Made by a program: the position numbers and the translations under genes
NCBI RefSeq assembly: GCF_000150275.1
Contig: NW_002060944.1
Location: 6,733,102 to 6,797,101, forward strand
Reading direction: 5' to 3'
Length of the DNA stretch: 64,000 bases
Source of the DNA: Trichoplax adhaerens
Taxonomy: Eukaryota; Animalia; Placozoa
The notes under the pieces: generated by a model
Databases searched by the model: none
The model's input: only the letters and a program-made list of their open reading frames with translations
What the model was told of the DNA's origin: nothing
Part shown: positions 27,701 through 42,635 of the stretch, in pieces
Layout of the letters: every line of letters begins with the position of its first letter
How positions within the stretch are numbered: the first letter of the stretch is position 1

Positions 27701-29719
27701 AGAGTATATATATTTGAGATAATAAATGAAAGATCAATATCGATAATCCCATTTAATTAAAGAAAGTGAATGTATTATTTTTTTGATGGAAAATTGCTGC
27801 AGACTTTCCTACAAGACTTACGTTTACGCCAATTCTGGGTTATTTAAAAAGTGATAGAACGTTAAAGAAAGAGCTTATTATTCATGCTTTTAAGCTTAGA
27901 TACAGTAGCTGGTAGAATAGAGTCAAAAGGAAGGACTCAAAAAGAGATACTAGCTAAATCCACGGATTTTCGTAATTCAGACTGTACTGGAAATTGTATT
28001 TTGCGATATCAATAGTAGAAGGGCTTTAATGATAGATATTTATTGCTGGAACAATTTTAGTCCCTAAAATTATCCCTTGAAAGTTAATTAATCTAGTGAA
28101 GTGGACACTAAAATACTAATATCGAATTAGAATAATTCGGGGCCAATTGTGAATCGTCAGATTTACTGTCACTTATGACCAACATCTTAATACTTTTATG
28201 GTTATTTATATTTCAATAACAGAATGATTGTATAGTCCATACCGATAGAGCAAGTAAGATTAAAGCTATTAACCCTGTGTATATGAATACATATACGCGT
28301 ATACATCAGACTACAACATTGACCTACAATTTCTATTTATTAACGATATGAAATCTAACTCATATCATTAAATTTTATTTATTAGCGACTAGAAAGCGCT
28401 TAAAGGCTTCCTACCCATTGATTTGTTTAAAGGTTTCTTAATCTGATAGAGTTCGAAAATTAAAGAGAATAAAACTTTTTATTCATGGTCATTGCTTGAA
28501 AGATTCCCCACCTGCCTTCATTTATAAATTGTTAATTTCCAGTTGAGTCAGAATACATCCATATCAATACCTTAACATCAAAATTTTTCAGACTTTTTTA
28601 TTTATAGTGAATATACCAAGCCATTAAAGTCAAAGTGGCATTTGATGTCTACTGTACATTCTTTGTCTGGTTTAAAAATTTTCCAGCTCTCAGTAATGGC
28701 AGGTATTCGAAATGGAGTACTTATGGTTTTGGTTATTATACAGTTACTCTGAGATTAATAACAATAGTAAACAATAACCAGTCGATTTTAGAGCTACTCA
28801 TCAGCAAAGCAAAGTTGTGACTATTTCAAGTTGACATTTGTAAAGATATTCTTCGATCTAAGCTCTGTTTGATGCTATGATAAGATAGAAAAGCCAATTG
28901 CATTTAATTTAGTGAAAGAAAAAATAAAATTCGATTTTTCACTGTATCATCTATTTAAACGTAACTATTTCACAACTTAAGGATTATAAATTCGATAAGA
29001 TTGGAAATTCTTCATTCCTAATTTTTACCATGGCTTCATTCACTATAGTTCAAACTATGTCAATGTTGACTAATATTCGCCATGTAATGTTGCTGAATAT
29101 CTCTTTTGTATACCGTACTTACGCAAGAAAAATGACTAATTACAAATTAATATAACCACGATTAGCATGGTTAACCATCAAAAAATACTAAATGCTAAAA
29201 AAATCTGAAACTGTTCAATAATATTAAATACACATCTTATGCGTTATGAACTACATGTATTGCCTATATAAACACCATTCTAGACTGCAGCACGGCATCT
29301 TAACATGGCGAAACTACGTTCTAATGCATAAACTCCTAACATAGAAAGTATTACATTCATATACATATAGCGATTAGTTAGAGCTGTGTATGCGTATAAG
29401 CTATAATTAGTACCCATAAATTGCATATACCCTTATAATTTCAGCCAATAATCACTATTTACTAATATACAATTTTAAAAATTAAATGATAAAGATTCCA
29501 ATTTCTTGTTAGCTACACTGTATTCCATGAATTAGTTCTTCTACTAAGAGACTCTTAATTTATAGTTTTACAGTTTAACCTAATAACATGATCTATTCTG
29601 GGGCCGCTTTACGAAGACTGAAGGAATCCCTTTCATAAACACAAAAAAATAGTTAAACTGTTATTTTTGTTGAAATTCCTGTTAAATGAAGTGCAAAATC
29701 TTGGCAATGAGTAATTAAT

Positions 29720-30790
29720 TTCTATTGAGCATGCGATAGAAGATTTAAGCTATTGACCTTTACGTTAAAATTATCTATGAAAACGTAATAATGTGACATT
29801 TCTGCTATATCACTATGAAATATCATTTCATTTTAAGGTAAGATGGAATAAAAATTCGATTGGACTGTTGTTGTTACCGAAATTGCAGCAGACTTGATCT
29901 TTTCGCATAACACACTCATAAAATAAATTTGATATCATTTTCTTAGCATAAGCAAAAGACATCAATTAAATTGATAGAGGAAACAGGAGTAATTAGAGGC
30001 GATTTATATCGTATTTAGTCAGAAAGGAATTTTACATTGCTATCGGTTTTTCTATTCAAATTACCTTTAAAAAATTTACAATGCAAAATTTCTATTACAT
30101 TATCATAAAATCTCATTTTTATTCTAAAGCTTGATCTGAAAATTTCAATAACAGTTGGTGCTATCGTGATATTTCTACTATATTATCATCCAACAACATT
30201 TTATTCTTAAGTAAGATAAATTCAAAGCCGTTGATTCGATCGAAATTGCCGTGGACTTGATCTTTCCTTATAACATACTCATAGAGTAAATGTGATACTC
30301 ATTTATTAGCATAAGTAGAAGACATTGATTAAATTGAAATTGCGGAAAAGAGTAATCGGAAGCGATTTATGCCCTATTAAACAAGAAGAAACTTTAAATT
30401 TCTGTTGACCTTTCGACTAAAATTGCTTTCCAGAATTACAGGCTGAAATTTCTACGATATTATTATCATAAAAGATCATTTTATTCCAAGATATAATATG
30501 AAAATTTCAGTAACTAAGTGTCAATGTTATATTCTACGGTGTTATCATAAAACACTATTTTGCTATAAGATATGAGAAACTTGATAACTGAAAATTTTGT
30601 TGAAATAACTCTAGACTTGGTCTTTTATATTAAGCTTTTAAGATGAAATTGATTAAGAATATGAGTACAAACGTAAGTTTCCCTTAATTCAATGGATAGC
30701 ATGAACAAGAGTCCATAGGAATCCTTTTAGATCCTTCCACAGCAAGAAGGAACTCTTAAATTGCTATTGATCTTTCTATTAAAATTGCTC
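29720..30790. repeat. Degenerate tandem array, about 360-bp unit, about 3 copies
   Basis: gaaattgc...agacttgatcttt...ataaca.actcata at about 29880, 30242 and 30602. Confidence 0.75.
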
Positions 30791-30829
30791 CCAATTTGTT
30801 GCAGACTACGTCCGAAAATTAAAAAGATC

Positions 30830-31200
30830 CGTTTGATAACGAACTCTCGAATAAAATACTATTCCGCGCTGTAATTAACTATGGATTGCTACCAGATTTC
30901 TAAACATTCCATTTGTACTTGACTATAGATGACTATCTAAGTTTAAATAAATCCCGCCTGATCATTAACTCTCTAATGAAATACTATCTAGTACAGTAAT
31001 CTGATTATAGGATATTCTCAACTTTAATAAAGAAAAATCTCGTCTGATTATCTATAATTATTATTAACTTTCCAATAAAATGTTATCTAGTACCGTAATG
31101 TAACTATAAATTACTTTCAGTATTTCTAAAAATTCTCGTCAGATGAACATTTATCGAATGAAATATCATCTAGTACAGTAATTTGACTATAAATAAATTT
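30830..31200. repeat. Degenerate tandem array, 4 copies of an 80-125-bp unit
   Basis: aactct..aat.aaatactatctagtac.gtaat..gactat near 30842, 30968, 31066 and 31147. Confidence 0.7.
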
Positions 31201-34200
31201 CAAAACTTTTACGGTATAGTAACAACTACTGCACTTCCTACATCTGAGAAAGGCCTAGAAAATCAGTTTATTCTTGTCCAATGCTTAGCTTTAGCTCATG
31301 GACTTATGAATAACTCGATCTATTGAGTAATGTAACATTTAATGGCAGCTATGACATGATTATCCAGGCAGTTACTCCTTTAATTTTAAGGGCTGGTTCA
31401 TTTTATGAATTTTTGCTATTGTAGCAGGATTCTATCCTTTTACGCAATTCATTTGAACATTCATCAATTTTTCCCTCTTCTGACTCTAATTCAGAAATTT
31501 AGCTGCTGTTATAAACAAGAAATTGATTTTTTTAGTACAAATATGATTCCGACCGCACTGCATCCATGAGAACCTTACGAATAGTCGGGTACCTTTAAAT
31601 CGTAGAACAGGTACGATGTTAGAACACTACAAAGTTCGAAGATTAACGTATGTAAAGGCAAAAAAATGGTTAACGTTTTCCTGTAAGTGTTAAAGCTTAC
31701 AATACGTCAAATCTTAAAGCTGTAGTCAATATAGCGATCCCCTCAATAAGCCATAGCTCCACAGGTTTTTCCCCTTGTTCATATTTGCCATTCTTGAATA
31801 ACGGGGGTTCCTTAAAGTCTATTAGTGATATTATTATGGAATTCATTGTCACCATTTCTCTGTGATTTTATCCAAATATCAAATAAAAAGTTAGTTACCA
31901 TTTAATTATTCACAAGATACTCTGTATACTTCCGATAGTGATATTTGCAATATTAATTGCTCTCTATTTAATTTAACAGATGTTGTAGCAAAAGTAAAAA
32001 TAGTTATTGATAATGACCCGAGTTAAAAAGAGAAATCATCAATCCCTTTCTTGAAAATAAATTAACCCTTACTTGCTGCTTCTTTTTCTAGTCATTAACG
32101 ACAAAGGAACGCTGTCATTTCTTATGACTAGCTGTTAAAATTGTATTAAGTCAAAGTATGCTATTCGATATAAACTCAGTATCATAATACAGCAAATTAT
32201 AGAGTGTCGCTATACATCAAATACGGTAAAAACATGTACTTTAACAATCATGAAGGAATTGATAGAAAGGCAAGGAATTGAAAGTAGCTCATTTACTATT
32301 ATTTTATTCGTTTCCCAACATAACCGGTCGCTATTGATTGCCTTTTCTATCATTTCCTATTTAATTAAAGTTAGCATTATAATCCTAAAGCTGAAATATG
32401 ATTAAAAACATCCTGCCTCTTCCTTCTCACCGCCATAAATCATCCAATAGTATCAATGCTATTTCAATTTTATGAATCGACTAGCCCGTTTTCAAGTCTT
32501 TCTCTAGCCTACTATAGAGGTTATTTTTACTTTCCAAAGATTTTTATCATTCCTTCTATTTGCTACTGCCTGTAACTTGAATGAATTTCTATTAATAGCA
32601 GTCTTCAACTGTTTATTTCTTTTGACTGTAATACTATTTTTGAAGGATTTAATGGATGGTTGTCATAAAAATAGACTTTGAGAAAAAAATAGTTTTAAAC
32701 TGGATAGCCCCCTATTTTCACCTCATATTGACACTGGCCGTCGTTTTGCTTGTCGGTTTCCCTTTGAATGCAGTCATGGTGTTCTTTTATTCATTCTTCA
32801 TCAATGGCAAATAGAGCAAAACATAAAAGGGATCGAATATTCTATGGTCTAGTTGATTTAGACAGAATTGTTTTATGATGTATTAAACTAAACTAAAATA
32901 GACAATTGAAAGTCAATAATTGATGCCGTATTGAATAAAAAAAAAAATTCATGAATAGTAAAATGGATAGAAAGCAACTTGAAGAGAGATCAAGTACCCC
33001 AAATCTGATTGACTTCCTCATGTTTACTTATTCTTTGATCAGCTCTATTGACTTTTTGGCTGATTTTAAACGTATCACTATTGACTCATTTGTTGATGGA
33101 TGCCGGTATATTATCCATCTTGTACTCTATTCTACCTTTTCAGGCATTCTTCAATGGCTTGTTTGTAGCTGTCATGCTCTTCTATCATTCACTAAAAACT
33201 GCTTGATGTTAATGCAATTATGGCTAGGATCAATCGATGCCATACAATAATAGCATTAATGATTGTTCTAATTGGTATTCTAATGGCTACATCCAAGTCT
33301 AATAGCATGAGTAAGACGTTGACCAGAGTAGTCAATTTTTTCTCCTCGAGACTACGATACCTATTCCATTTTCTATTCTAATTTATAACGACATTGGCTA
33401 GCTAAAATGTTAATTGAATTATATCTTATTAACATTTTATGCTGCATCTTGGTTGATCTTTTCTTGCCCTCGTGTAGTATGGATAATCTAAAGTTGTATT
33501 CTGCTTTTAATAGTAATACTAATGTATTCAAGATAAAATTTTAATGTTATCGAGTCTACAATGAAATGCAGCCAAATCTAATCGCTACGAGTGTAAACGG
33601 CAACTAATTTTATGGCGTGGCTGACAATTGTTCAAGCCAACATTTTACCGATCTTTATTGATTATTCCTGACAGACATAAAAGTAAAATTAGACATGCTT
33701 CATGATCGATTTTAGATATAGACTGGATAGATTGTACTATGTCTATTTGCCACCAAGCGATAGATAGAGATTCTACCCCATAGTTGAGAATTCATGCCAT
33801 CATTGTTGAGAGCAATCGATTAATTTACTCATGGACGATATTTCTATCTAACTTTTTTTCTATTCACGCTGAATAATTTAATTTAAAAAATCCCGTCCTC
33901 ATCGGTGAGATGATTAGCGTACTTTCTTCTATCGAGACACTATCCATTTTATCGCTATAAACATAGCACATTTAATTAAGAAGAACTATCAACTTTTTCA
34001 GAATGATGGATCAACTCCAATAGACTCTACTTCCACACAGGATGAGTAACTATTGATAATGCGTCAATAAATTAACAAAACTATTATCGTATAGTTGAGA
34101 AAACTCGTGTCATATTCAATCATTAGTTTACATGTGGACTTTCTTTCTAACAGCTCAATTTCGATAGCTCAAAAAGATGTTCGACAGGATTATGATGTTA

Positions 34201-34269
34201 GAGTGTGCTACTTTATTATACAACATGAAGAAGTTAAAACAACACTTGCTTCAAATCTGTGATGTAAAG

Positions 34270-35450
34270 CATTTGTCGGATAGCTAAAAATTGGATCATC
34301 ATAAAAAAAAATAGTTAATTAGAGGGCAAAATTTCTATACTGATATTGCATACTAATGGCCATTTTGAATGAAATTTTAGTCTATAGAGCTTATTTCTTC
34401 CCAAGTCTGTAAAATGATGAACGAAATCTTTATGTTGACTGCATGCTCGTCACTATTCTGCGGGCTAAAATATTTTATCATCAGGAAACGTGCTTGATCA
34501 ATGGACAAAACCTATCCGTTGAGTGAATACTAACGATCATTTTGAATGAGATTTTAGTACATAGTGCCAACTTCTTCCCAAGATAAAAATTTTATCACCA
34601 TGTACAGTGATGGACGAAATTTTTATATTGAAAGTATACTCGTGACCAGTTTTATCATCAAGAAAAATGCTTGATCAACAGACAAAATCTTTCTACTGAA
34701 ATGCATACTAATGGCTATTTTGAGTATTGAGTAGGCTTATCGTATATGCGGCATGTTTCTTCTCGAGCTAAAAAATTTCATCTTCATGAAGAGTGGACGA
34801 ACAAAATCTTTATACTGCATATTCGTAATAATGGCCTTTGGTGTGGCTGTTAGCTTGGGTAGCATATTTTTTGGGCGAGTTAAAGATTATTATGATCATG
34901 AAGAGTGACTGATAGATAAAATATTAATACGCATCTTGATGATCATTGGGAGTGAGCTTTTACTTTGGCAAGCATGTTTCTTGCAGAGCTAAAGGTTTTT
35001 ATCGTCATGAAAAATAGTTGATTGATAGATGAAATAGTTAGAAGCATGTTCATGGTCATTGGCAGTGAGCTTGCAGCGAATTGAGCATATTTCTCCCACA
35101 GCTAACTATTCTATCATTATCATGGAACGTAATTGAGGAAATCTGAACGAGAAATTATACCAACTGCATATTGTACATACTAGTGATCATTTAGAGTGAG
35201 CTTTTAGCCTAGTGTATTGAGCATTTTTCTCCAAGAGCTAAAAAATGTCAATCATCAAAATTGGCCAATCGATCAGCGACATACTTTTATAGACTACATA
35301 CGAATCAAGCTTTCCAGCGAGTTTTTAGTGTAGATGTAGTAGGCATTATTCTCCAAGAGCTATAAATTTGATTAGCATGAAAAGTAACGGTCAAAATTTT
35401 GATGCTAATTGCGTACTCGTAACCATGTTGTGTATCTCTTTGCCTAATAG
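34270..35450. repeat. Degenerate tandem array, about 110-130-bp unit, about 9-10 copies
   Basis: Recurring gagctaaa...ttttatcatca(tg)aa, tgcatactaatggc.attttga and gtgagctttta blocks. Confidence 0.7.
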
Positions 35451-35459
35451 TACATGATT

Positions 35460-35935
35460 CTACTAGAGTCTCCAATTTTGTAAATGATAATTATTGATAT
35501 GCTATTCTATCTCCATTGTCGCTTACTTTAATATCGATTCAATATCCTGCAGTTAAGTTATTCGAATAAACTATTAAAATAGAGAAGATTATTGTTCAAA
35601 GTATTTTCCCGAATGGGTATGATGTGGCTAAGGGGCTCCATTCAGTATGGTAATAGGATCACAGCTAGATGAAAGTTGAACTCTTTCCATCCTCTGATTC
35701 TATTAAAGTCACAAATTTTGTAATTGATGATCATAGATGTCGTATTATGCCGCCATTCCCGCTTATTTTAACATCGATGATTCAATGCCAAGTAATAATG
35801 CTATTCAAATTAGCTGTTAATATAGTCAAGAACATTGTTCAAAGTATTTTCTCAAATCGGCATGATATCTCCAAGGGGCTCCATTCAACATGGTAATAGG
35901 ATCACAGCAAGAGAAAAGTTGAACTCTTTTCATCA
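35460..35935. repeat. Tandem duplication of about 243 bp (2 copies)
   Basis: attgttcaaagtatttt at 35591 and 35834, each followed by aaggggctccattca..atggtaataggatcacagc..ga..aaagttgaactcttt. Confidence 0.9.
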
Positions 35936-37603
35936 AACTATTGCAGCTAAAATGATTATAAACGAGCATTGTCTGAAGTATTGATTAATGTAAGGCCATG
36001 ACAGAGTAGTAGTAAGCCAATTGGTGTCCTAGAATAATATAACTAACGATAGAAATTCCTTCAAGAATACATCATCATCAATCCAATCATGTTATTCATT
36101 ACAAGAATAAAAGGTGTTCAATTGTAAAATGGAGTAGATTAACGATAAAGGATGTATTCTTTTTAATTATACTATTTGACACAACATTTTTTGACGCTAT
36201 GACTATTATTCAAGCAGACTGCAATGGATTTGATCTAAACTCCACGGATGATTTACTGTTGTAATTTTCATGTTAAATGAAATCTCATCCTCTCGACAAT
36301 CGCCTTTTCGATTCACTTTGGCTATCCCTAGTGATGCTTATTGGACTTGGCAATATTTTGACGCTAAGTTAGCGATGTCTGTCCATATTTTTTTTGTCTT
36401 TTCTTATTCTATTGATATCCCAGTGTATTTTCTTGTTTTTTTTATTCTATTCATGACTTTATACTTTGAATCAATAACTTCAAGTGGGTGTATTCTTAGC
36501 CATAATATATTATTGAGCCTGGCTAGTTAATAGAGAAGTTCTACTATAACTAGCTGACATTCATCATGACATTGTTTGCTATATGTAAACTTGGTACCAT
36601 TTGGCTTGGTTTATCCTCTTTCTTTTCTATTAACTCTTTTATATGTAGCCGTATACCCGTCGATATCGACATTGCCATCTTTCAAATAGGAGTATAAATA
36701 GAGCTCGATAGCATAATTAATCACTAGTCCATTATAACGCTGGCTTGTTTCCTAAGCTTTATACAGTATACAAAAATAAAAAAAGGTAAATTTTTGCATG
36801 GTGGAAAAATTTTAAATATACCTTCTTCTCACTTATGACGCATCCATCCATATGGCGATTTGAACCCTTTAAAATCCAATTAATCCTACTCTTTGCTATC
36901 CATTGAAAAGTTGAAATTATTACCAAATCGTAAGGAATAGAAATAAAATTGATTCCATCTATCATCGCGTAAAATTGAATCCACTATTATTATTTTCCAT
37001 TCAATCTACTTTACATCATTGATTTGGATAATCATCAACGACTTAGTATTACTTGGACTACTATCTTCATGTACACGATAATTTAAGACGTCTTTCTCTA
37101 TCGCCGTACAAGATAGAATCAACTGTACTATTATAGTACGGTATATTAGCAAGGCAACCTATTCTTGTGGTAAAATCGATCAAAGTTCCCCGCCGTTAAC
37201 TTTGATTAGAAGGTAAGACTACGTTGAAAATACTTTCTATTACGTTCATCGGTGTCTAATCTACTTTCCTATTTTTTGGACAAATGTTCTCTACTTTAGC
37301 CATTAATAACACAATAGTCAACTTGATTTTCGCTCTTTATTTTATTTTTCTCCACTAGCCATTTTTTCCACTTTCTCTACTTTGTCTTCAACACGATTGA
37401 CTTGGAAATTAATAATCCCAAGTTGATTTAATAATCAGTCTAATGTGGCAAGATAAAATTGTCATCAGTCATACACTCAACTTTCATTATATATCCAACA
37501 GTACAATCGAGTATTGATTGGAGTAATTTGCATATCTTCTAAAACGTGTTTAACATAAGATTAAAGGGTAACAACTAGCTCATAGAGTTAGTAGTAAGTA
37601 AGA

Positions 37604-37632
37604 AGAGAGAGAGAGAGAGAGAGAAAGAGAGA
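37604..37632. repeat. (GA)n microsatellite
   Basis: Read directly from the sequence. Confidence 0.9.
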
Positions 37633-40129
37633 ATCGATGATATGATCTTCAACTCGATTACTACAATAATCTATTTCAGAAGTAAACTAAGCAATACTAT
37701 AGTCAAGGTACAGAATTGAGGCAGTTAAAAGGACTTGTTAAGTATCCAAATTGACGATAGGCAGCGGCTAAATGATTCGAAACTAGTTTATCGCCTTGTT
37801 TAACATATTCCGAAGAGCAAGGGTTATTTCCTCTCGTCATTAATTGTCTTCAACGATAGAAAAATCGCTAGATTATCCATTTATACATTCTTTAGAACGT
37901 ATACAGAGATAAATTCATGTCTTGAACTACAGTATCATTATTTCGTTAAGAAATCGCTAAAGAGACTCAAAGTCATGAGATTGAAGAAAAATGGAAGCAT
38001 GCTGTAGGTTAAATAATGATGTTAGAAACATTGTGGCTTAGCCAATTATAACATTGTATGGCAGTTAGAATATGCGTTGACTTGAAATCGTATGGATTGA
38101 TTTCAGGCGAGCATTTCGAAAAAATTTGCAAACAAAGCGCTAATAAGGAGTAGGAGAGGGATGAAGTTTCTCATGATGAAGACTAGTCATAATCATGGGG
38201 GAGTAGTTGGATTTATGTTGTTGTTGCAAATGCCGTCAAAATCATGATGTCTGTATGAAAATATATCAGGTATACAAGAGGGTTACAAATAACGAATCAA
38301 CAAGGAAGGGGTAGCCATTTTTATTTTTGTTTTATAAGCCTCTGGTATAAAATACAATCTGTTCAATAATCTTCAGTACCAAGAAATTCTAGACACTGAA
38401 AGAAAAATGAACCATAATGGATATCGCATCGGAATTAACTTTACATATGAGTAGGACGGCAGGGAGAATGAATTCATAAGGCGAATAAAATTTTATATTT
38501 TGGCCCCAATTTTTTTTCTGATTTGTTTTATGGCGACAACTTAGGTATAAGAATTTTGTCGTTTCACTATTTCTATCTTCATTTGCTTTGGTAATCGTTG
38601 TAGTATACTAAAGTAAAAATATCGAACAAGGAATTGACTATGTTAAAACAGAGGCACTGAGAAAGGAAATAATTACCTTAACATAATAACGTCGCTAAGG
38701 GAGACAGAGAAAGTAGAAAATATGAGGATGTCACTAAATACTAGTATATTCCAGTGACAATGTATTGCTAAAATGAGATGCGATTGACTGATTATACGAA
38801 GACAGATATACTGTATATGACTAACTCGACAGTAAGAGAGAATAACCGATTACTAGAAATTGATTTATAAATAACTGTAAAGCTATCCTGAATCAATATA
38901 GATGTGGCAACACGACCAATTGAAATGAAAAACCTACTTCGAGCGTATTCAAATTTTTGTGGTAAAACGAGATAGGTTGAATTATAAACTTGTATTCAAA
39001 GTAGACTAAAGATTAAAGCTTAGTCTCATCAATTCTGGAAAAGTGAATTGATTACCATAATGAAGGAATAATAGATACTCGCCAGTATTACTTCAAGTAG
39101 GAAAAATAAGTTAACTGAACCTTTATAGACATTTTACTCGCTATTTTTCTTAATGATTGAAAAAATTAAAACAGAAAGGCAATGACTACATCCTAAGTTT
39201 ATGCCACGGGAGAAATGAATATAATAGGTAATAAAATAGAACTGGATGTTCATCAATTTGAATCAGGTAAACTGGAATAGTGGATAAAATCATTGAAAGA
39301 TTATTGCTAATAGTAAAACGGCGAAGAAAGTAGTTCGATAGAGGGTCTATAAAGTTAAAAGGAGTCAATCGAGTGTAAGAAGATATTGGAAAATAGCTTA
39401 TACAATATTGTCGTTAATCCATGCCTATTTAGATATTTTTATTAACATCCAGCAATCATAGATGATGCTACTGATGTTATTCTCCATTTTCAATACCTTA
39501 CTGAACTTTAAAATTTGATGAATGGGCAAAACTGAGTAGGTAAACGTTGGAAACCGCTATAATCATCAATTAACTACAAATAATTCATCATAACGTATTG
39601 ATTTCATAGAACTAGCAGTAAGGCTATTTTCTATTCCTCTGTGTTTCTACCTGACATTATAGTAAATAGCTCAAAAGGAATATAACAAGGCTTCTCTTGT
39701 TCAATTTCATCTTATTACTTCAATCAGCTGTTCTATATGTAGATACTTGCACAATTTTGTCATTTTATCGACAAACTTAATCCATTTGAAGACTACATGA
39801 CATACATGAATTACAACTGGGTACGAAGAAAAAGGACCAAATTGAAACTGTTATTGTCAACAACCAACAGAAAGAATAGCTACCATAGAATCTACGTATA
39901 GACATATGCGATTAGAAGAAAAGTGCTTAAATAGGAATAATTATCTAATACCTTCAATTAAATAGAAAAGCAATGGATGAGGATATATCAAACAAAGATA
40001 CAGATAAAATGAATACAATATGAAGAACTGAGATCGCTACTAGTGTGAAAATTCTTTAAAGATGATCAGGATAAAGTATTAGTCATTGCTCTAGACTGAA
40101 AGGATTAAAAATGGTGAGGAAAAATCAGG

Positions 40130-40745
40130 AAGAATAGATTCTATAGTAAAAATTGCTATAGTTTAACTTAAAGTAAAGAGTTACTCTTACATCATAGGAT
40201 ATTCCAAGTAGGTTTATGAGCTTGTAGTAGTAGTATTAACGATTCTTGATAGGAATGAAATTAGTATATCAAGATAGTAGCAGTTCTAATCAAGTAGTTT
40301 AACTTAAAGAAAAAAGTTGTGCTTACATCATAAGAAATTCCAACCAGGCTGCGATCTTGTAGTTATCATGATGACGAATTTTGATAGAAATAAAATCAGA
40401 ATATCAAAGATAGTAACAGTTCTAGTCAAGTATTTGAACTTGAAAAAGTAGAATGAAATTTTATAGTAACAACTACAGTTGTTTGACTTAAAATTAAGGG
40501 TTGCACCTACGTTGTAGAAAATCCCAACTAGACTACGAGTTTGTAGTTTTAGTGATAAAATAAAACTAGAATATCAAGATAGCAACAGTTCTAGTCAAGT
40601 AATTTAACTTAAATAAATAGTTGCGCTTACATTGTAGGATATTATCACTAAGCTAGGAGCTTATAATTATAGTAATGATTAATTTTGTTAGAAGTAAAGT
40701 TAGAGTACCAAGATAATAACAGTTCAAGTCAGGCATTTAAATTTG
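40130..40745. repeat. Degenerate tandem array, about 135-bp unit, about 4 copies
   Basis: gaatatcaagatag.aacagttctagtcaagta.ttaacttaaa recurs near 40265, 40400, 40570 and 40705. Confidence 0.8.
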
Positions 40746-42389
40746 AAAGAAATCACTTAGCTTATCAAAGAGAAGGTGGAGAAGGAAGGCCGTCAAAATC
40801 ATAATTTTAACGATGCTATATATCAGTATTAGTATAGAGATGTAAATGCCACGGTAATAAATGTACTTATATGGAGAAAATTTGAACACGAAATTAATAC
40901 CATAATTAGTAGTTTGAAATGCAACTGTGGTGCAGTAAAAAGATTACAGAAAGATTTTAAAAATATAAGTATGGAAGAATTAGGAAAACGTGTAAAGCAA
41001 ATATAGATACCACGTCAGAATCTTTTATAGACTATCGGTTGGATATCCCCTAGCAATGGAGTAATAGCAAATTCATTATATCGATTACAGAAGAAACAGA
41101 GCTTAAAAAACTATGTATCATATTAGTGGGTATCAGATTATTCCAATCTATCATATTTCATTAACTATAAATCAATATTAATGTTGGTCTTGCAATAATT
41201 ATCTAGTTTCACTTTTAAGTTTATCCTTGCGCGTACGTGAAGTAGGCAATTAAACCATAAAAAATTGATGTACTCATTTACTTTACTGCAAGATTTTATT
41301 CCTCTATTTATTATCAAGCCCTCTTGAGGTATAGAAGTGAATGCAATATAAAGTATTTAGCACTTTTTCTGTTTTCCCTTAAGTGTATATTCTTATACAG
41401 AAGAACACAGATTCAAAGTTGCTCATTTTTATAACGTTATTTTTAATGTCATTACAGTAATAATTCTAGGAACTACTGAAAATCGCTAAAAATAACAAGA
41501 GTAGTTAGGGTAGTTCAATCATAAAAGAAAATTATATATAAACATCAGTATCGTATAATTCCGTTGTCGAAATTGAGAAAAGTGATAAAGTTAAGCTAGG
41601 AATTGATGAGTTCTCAAGCGCATAATTTATTGAAGACAATAACTTAGGGAGAGAAAAATAATTGAATTAATTGCACTTGGACAGATACTGAGAGACAAAC
41701 AAGAGACAAAAAACTGGGGCTCTAGGCCTCTAACTGTAAGATTATGTATTAACAAATTATAGTTCATCAGTTGTCATAACTTCCATTTATTTAAAGCTGT
41801 CTAATTCTGAACACCCGTCTCACTTACGAGTAAAATAATAGCTAAAATAAGAATATTCTTGATTTTGGTAACTTATTTATTAGAGGAGTCCCTATACTAG
41901 TTCTGTTTATTATTAGAGTTACCACTTCGATTTCGAAATATTAAACTTTCTAGAAATGACTCATGTCCCCTCATTTTTAAATTCTGCAAGAACGTAAAAT
42001 TAAATCTATAAAATGATGGCTTAAGATTAGAAGGAAGTGCTTATGTAAGAAACAAATTAGTAACGGTAGTTTTTAGATTCTATATACGAAATATTAATGT
42101 GAGTCATGAGAAATCAAAACGCTTACAATTCCATATGGCCACTAGTTACCTAAAATTATTACAATACTAAATCAAATAACTTGACTATAACAACAAATCA
42201 ATCAAAACAAATATCTAGTTGCCTTTCAGTATCCTCAGAAAATATTGAATAGCCGTATATACGCCATATCTGAGGAAATGATTCTCTGAATTACGCGATA
42301 AAAGTTGTGAAGAGAAGCTTATTAAGCGAATGATAGAGCAGGTATCAAGGATAGTCGTTAATGACTGTAAACGATCGTTCTTGTTCCAA

Positions 42390-42635
42390 TAATTACAGAG
42401 TATAGCCTATGATATTCTAATTGACTTTAGTCATAATGCAAAAATTTAAGCTCTATGACTATTGCTCAAACTGCTATTAATTAACAATTATGTGCAGATA
42501 ATTTATTAAGGCTGTATCAATATATTATTGACTTTGGTTATCATGCTATAACCGAAGCTCTATGACCATTAATTAAACTGCTATTGATCAATAATTTTGC
42601 GCTGATAGTTTATTAAGGCTGTATTGGCATACTAT
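42390..42635. repeat. Tandem duplication of about 110 bp
   Basis: aagctctatgac.att...aaactgctatt...tttattaaggctgtat occurs twice (about 42448 and 42556). Confidence 0.75.

Noticed and set aside
32951-33250. 99-aa ORF MNSKMDRKQLEERSS...
   Set aside because: No family motif, and its possible donor is weak and phase-incompatible with the Cav3 acceptor.
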